From a bacterium (GTDB taxonomy: Bacteria; ARS69): 40,402 nucleotides of DNA. Position numbers and translations under genes: made by a program. Shown piece by piece: positions 1 to 9,385 of the stretch (positions are counted from its first letter, which is position 1; the number at the start of each line of letters is the position of its first letter). The stretch is taken from positions 1 to 40,402 of the forward strand of contig JALGZO010000206.1 in NCBI GenBank assembly GCA_025774865.1. Reading direction: 5' to 3'. Below the pieces are notes generated by a model. The model was not told the DNA's origin, made no database searches, and worked only from the letters and a program-made list of their open reading frames with translations.

Positions 1-1
1 G

Positions 2-952
2 GGTCCCACGCCGGACAAGCTCACGCCGCGGATCCGACAGACCGCGGTGCTCCTCTGGGGTGTCTATCTCGTGCTGTCGGTGGCGGAAGCGTTCGCGCTC
101 CGACTGGCCGGCATGAGCTGGTACGACGCCGTGTGTCACACGTTCACGACGATGGCGACGGGAGGGTTTTCCACGCGGACGGCGTCGATCGCCGCCTTTC
201 ACAACCCATCGATCCACTGGATCATCCTCGTCTTCATGGCGGCGGCGGGAACGAACTTCGCGCTCCACTACCGCGTGAGAGCGAACCCGCTCCGCTACGC
301 CAGTGATTCCGAGTGGCGCTGGTACTTCGTCATTCTCCTGTGGGCAGGATTCATCGTGTCTGCTGCGCTCTGGATCGGTACGGATCGGAGTCTTGAGGCA
401 GCGCTGCGCTCCGGCGCGTTTCAGGTCGTGTCGATCGTCACGACGACGGGCTACGCGACCGACGACTACGAGCTCTGGCATCCCGGACTGCGATGGCTGG
501 TACTCGTGTTCATGTTCGTCGGCGGGTGCGGCGGGTCGACCGGAGGTTCGATGAAGGTGATCCGCGTCTCGATTCTCGCCAAGGCGGCGTATCGAGAGAT
601 CGCGCGCGTCGCGAATCCGCGCGTCGTCCGGGCGATTCAGGTCGGGTCGTCGCGCAAGCTCGATCCGGGCATCGCGCGCAACGTGCTCGGATTCTTCGTG
701 CTGTTCATGGTGATCGTCGTCGCGGGTACGGCCGGCATCGCGGCGATGGGAATCGACATCGAAACGGCGCTCTCCGCGACCGTCAGTTGTCTCGCGAACG
801 TGGGCCCGGGACTCTCGCAGGTGGGGCCCACCGACGACTACGGCTGGCTCCCGGCCGGAGTGAAGTGGATCCTCGTCGCGCTCATGCTGACCGGGCGGCT
901 CGAAATCTACACGGTCCTGGTGTTGCTACTGCCCCAGACCTGGAAGCGCTGA
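2..952 (+). CDS. trkH: TrkH/KtrB-family K+ uptake permease, C-terminal ~317 aa (5' end off the window)
   Basis: The frame is open to the window edge (..PDKLTPRIRQTAVLLWGVY..). The protein is polytopic and hydrophobic, with Trk/Ktr-type pore-loop motifs (TTMATGGFS, TTTGYAT, GGCGGSTGGSMKV). The stop overlaps the next start (ATGA). Confidence 0.85.
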   Translation, partial: GPTPDKLTPRIRQTAVLLWGVYLVLSVAEAFALRLAGMSWYDAVCHTFTTMATGGFSTRTASIAAFHNPSIHWIILVFMAAAGTNFALHYRVRANPLRYASDSEWRWYFVILLWAGFIVSAALWIGTDRSLEAALRSGAFQVVSIVTTTGYATDDYELWHPGLRWLVLVFMFVGGCGGSTGGSMKVIRVSILAKAAYREIARVANPRVVRAIQVGSSRKLDPGIARNVLGFFVLFMVIVVAGTAGIAAMGIDIETALSATVSCLANVGPGLSQVGPTDDYGWLPAGVKWILVALMLTGRLEIYTVLVLLLPQTWKR

Positions 953-2211
953 TGGGCGGGATGGAGCTCGCGCTGTGGCTCGCGGGTCTGCTCGTGCTGT
1001 CGGGCGTGTTTTCCGGATCGGAGACGGCGCTCTTCTCGATTCCGTCGCTGCGTCTCCGGGAGATGAGCGAGTCGGCGAGCGCGGCAGAACGAGCCGTCGC
1101 CCGCGTGATGGAGCGGCCCCGGCGCGTCCTCGTGACGATTCTCGTCGCGAACATGGGCGTCAACATCTTGGCGTCCGCGATGGGCGCGGCGGCGGCGATC
1201 CGGATCTCGGGCAGCGTGGAGGCCGGGGTTCTCGTCGCGACGCTCGCAATGACGTTCCTGATCCTCGTCGTGGGGGAGATCGCACCGAAGACCGTGGCGT
1301 ATTGGCACTCCGGCTCGATCGCGCGTGCCGTCGCCCGGCCCCTGCTCATTCTCGGCGCCGTCCTCTCCCCGCTCCGGTGGCCGCTACTGAAGCTCACCGA
1401 TCTCGTGCTGGGAATCGAGCGAAAGCCGGACGAGCGCATCGAACTCTCGGAGGTGGAGGCGATGTTGCGGCTCGCCCACGCGGAGGGGGAGGTCGATGCC
1501 CACGAAGCCGATCTGATCCGCGGTGTCTTCGAGCTCGGCACGTCCCCGGTCGAAGACGTGATGACGCCGCGCACGGAGATCTTCACCCTGGCGCGGGATC
1601 AACGGGTCGGCGAATCGCGCGAGCTCGTGCGCCGGTCCGGTTACTCCAAGATTCCCGTGTCGGGCGGCGACCCGGACGAGATGATCGGCTACGTCACCGC
1701 TCTCGATCTCCTCCTTCACGACGACGCGGCCGAGGTGGCAAGCCTCGCCCGCCCGGCGGCGTACGTTCCCGAGGTGAAGCAGGCCGTGGAACTCCTCGAG
1801 GAATTCCGGGGCGCCGGAGATCGGCTTGCGTTCGTCGTGGACGAGCACGGTCACCTGAGTGGGCTCGTGACCCTGACTGACCTTCTGGAAGAGATCTCGG
1901 GTGAGATGATCGAGAGCGGCGATCTCCACAAGGTCCTGTACGAGCGCGTGGGCAAACACACGGTCATCATTCCCGGGCGGATGGAGATTCGGTTCTTCAA
2001 CGAGGAGTTCGGAGCGGACGTGGAGGCAGGGGAGGCCGAGACCATGGCCGGTCTCGTGCTGGAGCGGGTGGGGCGCATTCCGGGCACGGGCGAGTCCTTC
2101 GAGATCCAAGGACTCGAGGTCACGGTCCGGAACGCCGAACCCCACCGCCTGGTGACTCTCGAGGTGACGATACCCGACCGGCGGCCCGCGGATGAGAAAG
2201 GGCCGTCGTGA
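952..2211 (+). CDS. CNNM/CorB-type (HlyC/CorC family) transporter: DUF21 membrane domain + CBS pair + CorC_HlyC domain
   Basis: The real start is the ATG at 952 inside the longer 493..2211 ORF (MGGMELALWLAGLLVLSGVFSGSETALFS = DUF21 N-terminus). CBS-pair motifs follow (VEDVMTPRTEI..., VVDEHGHLSGLVTLTDLLEEI), then a C-terminal CorC_HlyC-like domain. ATGA overlap with trkH. Confidence 0.85.
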   Translation: MGGMELALWLAGLLVLSGVFSGSETALFSIPSLRLREMSESASAAERAVARVMERPRRVLVTILVANMGVNILASAMGAAAAIRISGSVEAGVLVATLAMTFLILVVGEIAPKTVAYWHSGSIARAVARPLLILGAVLSPLRWPLLKLTDLVLGIERKPDERIELSEVEAMLRLAHAEGEVDAHEADLIRGVFELGTSPVEDVMTPRTEIFTLARDQRVGESRELVRRSGYSKIPVSGGDPDEMIGYVTALDLLLHDDAAEVASLARPAAYVPEVKQAVELLEEFRGAGDRLAFVVDEHGHLSGLVTLTDLLEEISGEMIESGDLHKVLYERVGKHTVIIPGRMEIRFFNEEFGADVEAGEAETMAGLVLERVGRIPGTGESFEIQGLEVTVRNAEPHRLVTLEVTIPDRRPADEKGPS

Positions 2212-3236
2212 TCGCGCTCGCGATAGTGCTTCTCCTGATCGCCGGCAGCGGCTTCTACTCCGGGATGGAGACGGCCGTCGTTTCGGTGCGACGGGCTCGC
2301 CTCGAACGTCTTGCCGCCGACGACCGCCGGGCGCGCACCGCGCTTCGGCTGTTGGAGGACACTCCGCGGACGATCGCTTCGATCCTGGTCGGCAACAATC
2401 TGTGCAACATCGGCGCGGCATCGATCGCGACGGCGCTCGCCGTTCAGTACTGGCCGGAGAACGGCCCCGCGATCGCGACCGCGCTCTTGACCCCGGTCGT
2501 ACTCGTTGCCGCGGAGATCTTCCCCAAGGCGTTCTTCCGCACTCGCCCGACGCGTTCTTTGTGCGCTGCCGGCGGAGCTCTGCAGGTGTCGGCGGCGGTG
2601 GTATCGCCGCTCGTCGTCTTGACCTCGGCCACGGTCCGCGCGGCTCTCCGCTTGCTCGGGATCAGGGACACGGAGAAGCGCCCGGTGTTCGCGCGCCAGG
2701 ATCTCGAGAACCTCTTCATGTTCGGTGCAGTGGACGACGAGTCCCCGGGCGCCGGGCCGCGGACGTCCGACCGGACGGCGCTCCGCATGGCCGGACGGGC
2801 CCTCGACCTGAGGAAGCGCACGATCTCCCACGCGATGGTCCCGTTCCCCAGCGAGCGCTCGTGCCCCGGCACCGAGACGGTCCGGGAGGCCAAGGAGCGA
2901 TTCCGCGCCGTCCGCGGGCGCTACCTCGCGGCCCTCGACCCGGAGGGCCGTATCATGGGTTTCGTCGCCGCCAAGGCGCTACTGGGAGAGCCCGACGACC
3001 GCCCGCTGGAGGAGATCGTGCACCCGGCCCTCCTCCTCGACCTGGATGACTCGCTCGACACCGTCCTGCAGGGTTTCCGAACGCACCAGCCGGCGATCGG
3101 GCTCGTTCGCGATGCGGAGGGAAACACCCTCGGGGTCGTCACGGCCGAGGACGTGTTCGGGGAGGTCGTCGGCGAGTTGACCCGGCTGACAAGTGCTCCC
3201 CGGTCCGCCTCGGAGACCGCCGAGGAGAAGCGTTGA
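2208..3236 (+). CDS. Second CNNM-type DUF21 + CBS-pair membrane protein, apparently lacking the C-terminal CorC_HlyC domain
   Basis: GTG start in a GTGA overlap with the upstream paralog. The N-terminus (FYSGMETAVVSVRRARLERLA...LVGNNLCNIGA) is DUF21-like and a CBS pair is present (ISHAMVP..., LVRDAEGNTLGVVTAEDVFGEVVGE). The protein ends right after the CBS pair. Confidence 0.8.
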   Translation: MIALAIVLLLIAGSGFYSGMETAVVSVRRARLERLAADDRRARTALRLLEDTPRTIASILVGNNLCNIGAASIATALAVQYWPENGPAIATALLTPVVLVAAEIFPKAFFRTRPTRSLCAAGGALQVSAAVVSPLVVLTSATVRAALRLLGIRDTEKRPVFARQDLENLFMFGAVDDESPGAGPRTSDRTALRMAGRALDLRKRTISHAMVPFPSERSCPGTETVREAKERFRAVRGRYLAALDPEGRIMGFVAAKALLGEPDDRPLEEIVHPALLLDLDDSLDTVLQGFRTHQPAIGLVRDAEGNTLGVVTAEDVFGEVVGELTRLTSAPRSASETAEEKR

Positions 3237-3262
3237 CAGGGAGTTGCCCCGATCGCTACGTT
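3233..3262 (+). promoter_or_regulatory. Putative sigma70-like promoter for the meaB-mutase operon (TTGACA-N18-TACGTT)
   Basis: A perfect -35 hexamer TTGACA (3233-3238, overlapping the upstream stop codon) is followed 18 nt later by TACGTT (3257-3262). The -10 lies ~28 nt before the meaB ATG. Sequence pattern only. Confidence 0.3.
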
Positions 3263-3290
3263 TCTCGGGGGTCTCCGGGCCCCCCGCGGA

Positions 3291-4301
3291 ATGGAGCCGA
3301 CGCCGTTGACAGACGCCGAGCACGCCGCCCTGTTGGAGGGGGTCACCGCGGGTGATCGCCGAAGCCTGGCGCGGCTCATTTCGCTCGTGGAGAACGCCGA
3401 TCCGGGGGTCGAGCGGCTTCTGGCCGAGCTGTACCCGCGGACCGGTGGCGCGTACCGGATCGGGGTCACCGGCCCCCCCGGCGCCGGAAAGAGCACCCTG
3501 ATCGACGCCCTGGTCGCGACCCTTCGACCCCGCGGCACGAAAGTCGGCGTCGTCGCCGTGGACCCGTCGAGCCCGTTCACGGGCGGGGCCTTGCTCGGAG
3601 ATCGCGTTCGACTCACGTCACGAACGCCGGACCCGGGCCTCTTCTTCCGGAGCATGGCCACGCGTGGAAGTCTCGGGGGACTTGCGACGACCGCCTCGGA
3701 GGTGTCGGACATCTACGACGCGTACGGGATGGATCTCGTCTTCCTGGAGACCGTCGGGGTCGGACAGATAGAGCTTGACGTCGTTGCGGCGTCGGACTGC
3801 ACGGTGGTCGTCCTGGTTCCCGAGTCGGGGGACGAGGTCCAGGCGATGAAAGCGGGTCTGATGGAGATCGGGGATCTGTTCGTCCTGAACAAGTCGGATC
3901 GGGAGGGATCGGGTCGCGCCGCCAGGGAGATCACGTCGGTGCTGGGGCTTCGCGAACCCTCGACGGGCTGGCGGCCCCCGCTCGTGTCGGCCGTCGCGCG
4001 CGACGGTCGCGGTGTCACCGAGATCCTCACGGCGGTAGACGCGTTCCGCGAGCAGCAGACGGCGTCGGGCGAGGGCAAGACACGGCGCAAACGTGTACTG
4101 CGCGAGAAGATCCGGGAGGTCGCCGAAAGAATCCTGCGCCGGCAGCTGTGGAGCGGCGAGGGGGAGACGGCGCTCGAGGACGCCGCGGAAGCGGCTCTCG
4201 AGGACGGGAAGAATCCTTACGTGCTGGCGACCGAGCTCGCGAGTCGGCTGGCGAGCCGACGCGATGCGGAGTCGTCCCAACAACGGGGAGGTCGGTCATG
4301 A
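3291..4301 (+). CDS. meaB: MeaB/ArgK-type G-protein chaperone of B12-dependent acyl-CoA mutases
   Basis: P-loop [17 protein letters not shown], NKxD motif (VLNKSD) and overall MeaB-like layout. The stop overlaps the ATG of the mutase large subunit. Confidence 0.9.
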   Translation: MEPTPLTDAEHAALLEGVTAGDRRSLARLISLVENADPGVERLLAELYPRTGGAYRIGVTGPPGAGKSTLIDALVATLRPRGTKVGVVAVDPSSPFTGGALLGDRVRLTSRTPDPGLFFRSMATRGSLGGLATTASEVSDIYDAYGMDLVFLETVGVGQIELDVVAASDCTVVVLVPESGDEVQAMKAGLMEIGDLFVLNKSDREGSGRAAREITSVLGLREPSTGWRPPLVSAVARDGRGVTEILTAVDAFREQQTASGEGKTRRKRVLREKIREVAERILRRQLWSGEGETALEDAAEAALEDGKNPYVLATELASRLASRRDAESSQQRGGRS

Positions 4302-5953
4302 GCCGTGAGAAGCGCCAAGAGGATCACGCCCGGTACCGTGCAGCCGTGCGCGACACCACGCGGCGGGAGTGGGAATCCCTCTCGGGCCGGGTGACCGAGC
4401 CGCTCTACGTCCCGTCCCCCGACGACGACAAGGGGTGGGAGCGTCACGACGATCTGGGTTACCCGGGCGAGTTCCCTTACACGCGTGGGCCCTACCCCTC
4501 GATGTACCGAGGCAAATTCTGGACGATGCGCCAGTTCGCGGGGTTCGGGTCGGCGAAGGACACGAACGAGCGCTACAAGTATCTCCTCGAGCACGGCCAG
4601 ACCGGGCTCTCGGTGGCCTTCGACATGCCGACCCTGATGGGCTACGACTCCGACGATCCGCTCTCGCTCGGCGAGGTCGGTCGCTGCGGCGTCGCGATCT
4701 CCAGTCTCGAGGACATGGAGCAGCTCTTCCGCGAAATCCCGCTCGACAAGGTGTCCACGTCCATGACGATCAACGGCCCCGCGGCGATCATCTGGGCCAT
4801 GTACATCGTCGCCGCGCAAAAGCAGGGGGTCGAGAGGGCGAAGCTGCGCGGCACGCTCCAGAACGACATCCTGAAAGAGTACATCGCACAGAAGGAGTAC
4901 CTCTTTCCGCCCGAGCCCTCCATGGGCCTCGTCGTGGATACCATCGAGTTCGCTGCGAAGGAGATGCCGTACTGGCATGCCGTTTCCGTCAGCGGCTACC
5001 ACATTCGCGAGGCGGGCTCCACCGCCGCGCAGGAGCTCGCGTTCACGCTCGCCGACGGATTCGCTTACGTGGAGGCGACGATGGAGCGGGGGATCCCGGT
5101 GGACGACTTCGCACCGCGGCTTTCCTTCTTCTTCAACGCTCATTCGGATTTCTTCGAGGAAGTCTGCAAGTACCGGGCGGCGCGACGCATCTACGCGAAG
5201 CGAATGCGAGACAAGTATGGCGCCAAGGACCCCGCGAGCTGGCGACTGCGCACACACGCCCAAACGGCGGGGTGCAGCCTCACGGCGCAGCAGCCGGAGA
5301 ACAACATCATCCGGACCGCGGTGCAGGCTCTTGCCGCCGTGCTCGGCGGGACGCAGTCGCTGCACACGAACTCGATGGACGAGACGCTCGCCCTGCCCAG
5401 CGCGAAGGCCGCCAAGATCGCCCTTCGGACGCAGCAGGTGCTCGCGCACGAGACCGGCGTGGCCGACGTTGCGGATCCGCTCGGGGGCAGCTGGTTCGTC
5501 GAGAATCTCACCGACCAGCTCGAGGAGGAGGCGGAAGAGTACTTCCGTCGCATCGACGAGCTCGGCGGGGTCGTGGCGGCGATCGAACGTGGCTTCTTCC
5601 AACAGGAGATCGGGCACGCGGCCTATCGCTTCCAGAAGTCTCTCGACGACAAGAAGTACGTGCAGGTGGGGGTCAACGAGTACGTCGAGGAGGAGCCTCA
5701 TCGCCCCGTGGAGATCCTCAAGATCACGCAGGCGACGGAAGATGAGCAAGTGGCGCGCGTGCGAGCCGTGCGAGCGCGGCGCGACGCGGCCGCCGTCGAG
5801 AAGGCGCTCGCCCGCGTCCGGCAGTCCGCGAAGGACGGCGAGAACATGATGCCGGCCTTCATCGAAGCGGTGGAGGCTTATGCCACCCTGGGGGAAGTCG
5901 TGCAGGTCGTGAAGGAAGTCTACGGCGAGTACCTGGAGCCGGCCGTCGTCTGA
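4298..5953 (+). CDS. icmA: B12-dependent acyl-CoA mutase large (substrate-binding TIM-barrel) subunit with an isobutyryl-CoA-mutase-like signature (methylmalonyl-CoA mutase family)
   Basis: The real start is the ATG at 4298 (MSREKRQ...) within ORF 4148..5953. Family motifs are present: [71 protein letters not shown]. Phe80 and Gln198 replace the Tyr/Arg typical of MCM. Confidence 0.9.
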   Translation: MSREKRQEDHARYRAAVRDTTRREWESLSGRVTEPLYVPSPDDDKGWERHDDLGYPGEFPYTRGPYPSMYRGKFWTMRQFAGFGSAKDTNERYKYLLEHGQTGLSVAFDMPTLMGYDSDDPLSLGEVGRCGVAISSLEDMEQLFREIPLDKVSTSMTINGPAAIIWAMYIVAAQKQGVERAKLRGTLQNDILKEYIAQKEYLFPPEPSMGLVVDTIEFAAKEMPYWHAVSVSGYHIREAGSTAAQELAFTLADGFAYVEATMERGIPVDDFAPRLSFFFNAHSDFFEEVCKYRAARRIYAKRMRDKYGAKDPASWRLRTHAQTAGCSLTAQQPENNIIRTAVQALAAVLGGTQSLHTNSMDETLALPSAKAAKIALRTQQVLAHETGVADVADPLGGSWFVENLTDQLEEEAEEYFRRIDELGGVVAAIERGFFQQEIGHAAYRFQKSLDDKKYVQVGVNEYVEEEPHRPVEILKITQATEDEQVARVRAVRARRDAAAVEKALARVRQSAKDGENMMPAFIEAVEAYATLGEVVQVVKEVYGEYLEPAVV

Positions 5954-5964
5954 GGGCGAGGAAC

Positions 5965-6417
5965 GTGATGGAGCAGCGCGGAAACGACCACCCGATACGC
6001 ATCATCGTCGCGAAGGTCGGCCTCGACGGTCACGATCGCGGCGTGCGCGTCGTCGCGAGGGCGCTCTTGGACGCGGGTATGGAGGTCATCTATCTCGGTC
6101 TCCGCCAGACGCCCGAGATGGTCGCCGAAGCCGCGCTCCAGGAGGACGCCGACGCCGTCGGCATCAGCATTCTCTCCGCCGCCCACATGACGATCTTTCC
6201 TCGCGTCGTGGACGAGCTACGGAGCCGCGAGCTCGGCCACGTCCTCGTGACCGGGGGCGGGATCATCCCGCCCGAGGACGTCGAGGCGCTGGAGCAGCTC
6301 GGCGTGGGGCGGCTATTCGAGCCGGGTACGCCCACCGAGGAGTTCGTCGAGTACCTGCGGACGGAAATCAGGCGCCGGCGCGCCGAGTTCGCGAAGACGG
6401 AGAAGCCACGCTCGTGA
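5965..6417 (+). CDS. Stand-alone cobalamin-binding subunit (mutase small subunit), copy 1
   Basis: Shows [35 protein letters not shown], with the DxHxxG base-off/His-on motif, on a Rossmann-like B12-binding domain. Start is GTG 5965 or ATG 5968. Confidence 0.9.
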   Translation: MMEQRGNDHPIRIIVAKVGLDGHDRGVRVVARALLDAGMEVIYLGLRQTPEMVAEAALQEDADAVGISILSAAHMTIFPRVVDELRSRELGHVLVTGGGIIPPEDVEALEQLGVGRLFEPGTPTEEFVEYLRTEIRRRRAEFAKTEKPRS

Positions 6418-6833
6418 GCATCATCCGGGTTCTCGTCGCGAAACCGGGCCTCGACGGTCACGATCGGGGCGCGAAGGTGATCGCGCGCGCGCTGCGGGAC
6501 GCCGGCATGGAAGTCATCTACACCGGTCTTCACCAGACCCCGGAGATGATCGTGGACGCCGCCGTGCAGGAGGACGTGGACGTGATCGCGATGTCCACGC
6601 TCTCCGGCAACCACCTCACGGTCTTCCCCGAGGTGATGGATCGGCTCGCCGCCGCCGGCGCCACGGACGTCGTGGTCGTCGGAGGGGGGATCATTCCGGA
6701 GGACGACGCCGCTCAGCTACGGAAGCGGGGGGTCGCCCGCATCTTCGGTCCGGGCACCGACACGCACGAAGTCGTCGACTACGTCCGTTCCGCGGCGGAG
6801 AAGCGGGTCACCGACCGGGCGGCACCGGAGTGA
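6414..6833 (+). CDS. Stand-alone cobalamin-binding subunit (mutase small subunit), copy 2
   Basis: GTG start in a GTGA overlap with copy 1. Shows [58 protein letters not shown], including the DxHxxG motif. Confidence 0.9.
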   Translation: MSIIRVLVAKPGLDGHDRGAKVIARALRDAGMEVIYTGLHQTPEMIVDAAVQEDVDVIAMSTLSGNHLTVFPEVMDRLAAAGATDVVVVGGGIIPEDDAAQLRKRGVARIFGPGTDTHEVVDYVRSAAEKRVTDRAAPE

Positions 6834-6883
6834 TCGAGCGGCTCGGTTCGTCCTTTGCGTAGCGACGGGAAGAGGGCGGTGGT

Positions 6884-7573
6884 TTGAAGTCGAAGGTGGG
6901 GAACGCGGAGGAGTGCGTGCGGCGGATTCCGGATGGCGCCTCCGTGATGATCGGAGGCTTCGGACTCTGCGGAACTCCCGAGAACCTGATCCGCCTGCTC
7001 GTCGAACACGGCGCGAAGGACTTGACCGTCATGAGCAACAACGCGGGGGTGGAGGACTTCGGGGTCGGACTCTTGATCAACCGCGGTCAGGTCAGGAAGA
7101 TGATCTCCACCTTCATCGGGGGGAATCCGAACCTCGAGAGGGCGATCATCGACGGCTCGGTCGAGGCTGAGCTCATCCCGCAAGGGACATTCGCCGAGAG
7201 GATTCGCGCGGCGGGTGCGGGGATCGCGGGATTCTACACGCCGGCGGGCGTCGGGACCGTCGTGGAAGAGGGAAAGGAAAAGCGGGTATTCGGCGGGCGC
7301 GAGTATCTCCTGGAGAAACCGCTCACGGCCGACTTCGCCCTCGTCAAGGGGTGGAAGGGTGACGAGGTCGGCAACGTCGTCTACCGTCGCACGGCTCGCA
7401 ATTTCCACCCGCTGATGGCGGCCGCCGCCGAGACGACTTTTGCGGAAGTCGAGGAGCTCGTGAAACCGGGAGAGCTGGATCCAGAAGTCATCGCGACTCC
7501 CGGCGTGTTCGTGGACACGATCTTCCAGGGTGAGAACTATGAAAAGCCTATCGAAAGAAGAGCGCATCGCTAG
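6884..7573 (+). CDS. scoA: 3-oxoacid/acetoacetate CoA-transferase subunit A
   Basis: TTG start. [20 protein letters not shown] and the overall AtoD/ScoA pattern are present, and the subunit B gene follows. Confidence 0.9.
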   Translation: MKSKVGNAEECVRRIPDGASVMIGGFGLCGTPENLIRLLVEHGAKDLTVMSNNAGVEDFGVGLLINRGQVRKMISTFIGGNPNLERAIIDGSVEAELIPQGTFAERIRAAGAGIAGFYTPAGVGTVVEEGKEKRVFGGREYLLEKPLTADFALVKGWKGDEVGNVVYRRTARNFHPLMAAAAETTFAEVEELVKPGELDPEVIATPGVFVDTIFQGENYEKPIERRAHR

Positions 7574-8198
7574 GCGGGCGGCTCGGGAGTTCCGCGACGG
7601 TGACTACGTGAATCTGGGCATCGGGATTCCCACGATGTGCGCGAGCTACGTACCGGAAGGGGTCCACATCACGCTGCACGCCGAGAACGGGATGCTGGGC
7701 AGCGGGCCGTATCCGATCGAGGGCGAGGAGGATCCCGATCTCATCAATGCCGGCAAGGAGACCGTCACGGAGACTCCGGGCTGCTCCTATTTCGCGTCGG
7801 ACCTGTCGTTCGCGATCGTCCGCGGCGGGCACCTCGACCTGACCGTCCTCGGCGCCATGGAAGTGGACGAGAGAGGGGATCTCGCGAACTGGATGATCCC
7901 GGATGCCGTCGTCAAGGGCATGGGCGGCGCGATGGACCTCGTGGCCGGCTCGAAGCGCGTTCTGGTGGCCATGTCCCATAGGTCGCGCGACGGCTCGCCC
8001 AAGATCCTCGGGAAGTGTACCCTTCCGCTGACGGGATCCCGGTGCGTCGACCGGATCGTCACGGAGATGGCCGTCATCGACGTGACGCCCTCGGGGCTTC
8101 GGCTCGTCGAGGTGCATCCCGACCACGGGGTCGACGACGTGGTCGCGGCGACCGACGCGAAGCTCGCCGTCGGCGAAGTTCGAGAAATGGTGATCTGA
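7539..8198 (+). CDS. scoB: 3-oxoacid/acetoacetate CoA-transferase subunit B
   Basis: [32 protein letters not shown]...HAENGMLG, where the ENG glutamate is the CoA-thioester site. ATG 7539 is preferred over the upstream GTG 7530. Overlaps the end of scoA. Confidence 0.9.
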   Translation: MKSLSKEERIARRAAREFRDGDYVNLGIGIPTMCASYVPEGVHITLHAENGMLGSGPYPIEGEEDPDLINAGKETVTETPGCSYFASDLSFAIVRGGHLDLTVLGAMEVDERGDLANWMIPDAVVKGMGGAMDLVAGSKRVLVAMSHRSRDGSPKILGKCTLPLTGSRCVDRIVTEMAVIDVTPSGLRLVEVHPDHGVDDVVAATDAKLAVGEVREMVI

Positions 8199-8213
8199 GG
8201 AGCGGCGCAAGGG

Positions 8214-9371
8214 ATGTTTTTCCTCACGGAAGAGCACAGGATGATGCGGCGAATGGTGCGCGAGTTCTCCGAGAAGGAGATCGCGCCCAAGTCCGCCGAG
8301 ATCGACCGCACGTGCGAGTTCCCGGTCGACACGTTCCGGAAGATGGGTGAGCTCGGACTCCTGGGGATTCCGTACCCCGAGGAGTGGGGCGGCGCGGGGG
8401 CGGACTATCTCTCCTATGCCATCGCCGTGGAGGAGGTCGCGCGGGTGTGCGGGTCGACGGCGCTGTCGATGGCCGCCCACACGACGCTCGGTTGCGGCCC
8501 GATTCATCATTTTGGAACTGACGCACAGAAGGAGAAGTTCCTCCGTCCGTTGACGAGCGGCGAGATGCTCGGTGCGTACGGTCTCACCGAGCCGAACTCC
8601 GGCTCCGACGCCGGCGGGATGCAGACTCGCGCCGTGCGCAACGGAACGAGCTGGGTGCTCAACGGGCAGAAGGCGTGGATGACGAACGGCGGCTACGCGG
8701 GTCTCTACACCGTCACGGCGTTGACGGATCCGGACCAGAAGACCAACGGCATCACCGCGTTCTTGATCGAGAAGGGGCATCCCGGCGTCGAGATCGGTTC
8801 CGAGTACGACAAGCTCGGCTGTCGGGGCTCGAACACGGTGGAATTCTACGTCACCGACTGTCCCGTGGAAGACTCCATGGTGCTCGGTGAGGTGAATCGC
8901 GGCTTCCATCAGTTCATGGAGATCCTGAACATGGGGAGGATCTCCATCGGCGCCATGGCGCTGGGACTCGCCCAGGCGGCTCTCGAGCAGGCCGCGAAGT
9001 ACTCGCTGGAACGAGAGCAGTTCGGACGCCCGATCGGGAATTTCCAGGCGATCCGGTTCATGCTGGCCGACATGGCCACCGAGATCGAGGCGGCGCGGCT
9101 CCTCGTCTACCAGGCGGCGGTGCTGAAGGACCGTGGTGAGCCGTTCGCCGTCCAGGCCTCCAAAGCGAAGTTGTTCGCCTCCGAGGCGGCGCACCGCGCG
9201 TGCCACAAGGCGATCCAGATCCACGGCGGCTACGGCTACTCGAAGGAGTTCCCGGTGGAGCGGTACATGCGGGACGCGAAGCTCACGGAAATCGGCGAAG
9301 GGACCTCGGAAGTGCAGAGGATGATCATCGGCAAGAGCATTCTCGAGGAAGTCGCGAAGACGATGGAGTAG
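8214..9371 (+). CDS. Short-chain (butyryl-CoA-type) acyl-CoA dehydrogenase
   Basis: 385 aa with ACAD hallmarks: [69 protein letters not shown]. Confidence 0.9.
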   Translation: MFFLTEEHRMMRRMVREFSEKEIAPKSAEIDRTCEFPVDTFRKMGELGLLGIPYPEEWGGAGADYLSYAIAVEEVARVCGSTALSMAAHTTLGCGPIHHFGTDAQKEKFLRPLTSGEMLGAYGLTEPNSGSDAGGMQTRAVRNGTSWVLNGQKAWMTNGGYAGLYTVTALTDPDQKTNGITAFLIEKGHPGVEIGSEYDKLGCRGSNTVEFYVTDCPVEDSMVLGEVNRGFHQFMEILNMGRISIGAMALGLAQAALEQAAKYSLEREQFGRPIGNFQAIRFMLADMATEIEAARLLVYQAAVLKDRGEPFAVQASKAKLFASEAAHRACHKAIQIHGGYGYSKEFPVERYMRDAKLTEIGEGTSEVQRMIIGKSILEEVAKTME

Positions 9372-9385
9372 AAAGGAAATACGAT

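Noticed and set aside
493-951. Long N-terminal extensions of track ORFs. Examples are 493-951, 4148-4297, 9200-9385, 14218-14613 on rapA, 14174-14377, 15028-15168, 21680-22432 ahead of sufC, 25154-25849 ahead of the epimerase, 31913-32458 ahead of DUF1579 and 23103-23840.
   Set aside because: The extensions overlap the preceding well-supported gene in another frame and are Arg/Pro-rich. They are followed by an internal start with an SD or a 4-nt overlap, at exactly the position where the conserved N-terminus of the family begins.
3237-3290. A possible cobalamin riboswitch upstream of the meaB/B12-mutase operon. A G/C hairpin CGGGGG...CCCCCG is present.
   Set aside because: The gap is only 54 nt, far too short for a cobalamin riboswitch aptamer. 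No B12-box-like sequence is seen. The hairpin is more simply a short 5'-UTR or terminator-like structure.
7548-9224. Very long antisense or alternate-frame ORFs. Examples are 7548-9224 (-) 558 aa, 13553-15142 (-) 529 aa, 25186-26964 (+) 592 aa, 28753-30447 (+) 564 aa, 32395-34197 (-) 600 aa, 35241-37691 (-) 816 aa and 12262-13491 (+) 409 aa. They could be read as overlapping or overprinted genes.
   Set aside because: Each lies entirely opposite or out of frame with genes that have unmistakable family motifs. Their translations are Arg/Pro/Gly/Asp/Leu-rich low-complexity text with no recognisable domain. Stop-free shadow frames are expected in GC-rich DNA because stop codons are AT-rich. The 816-aa ORF even runs straight through two intergenic gaps.
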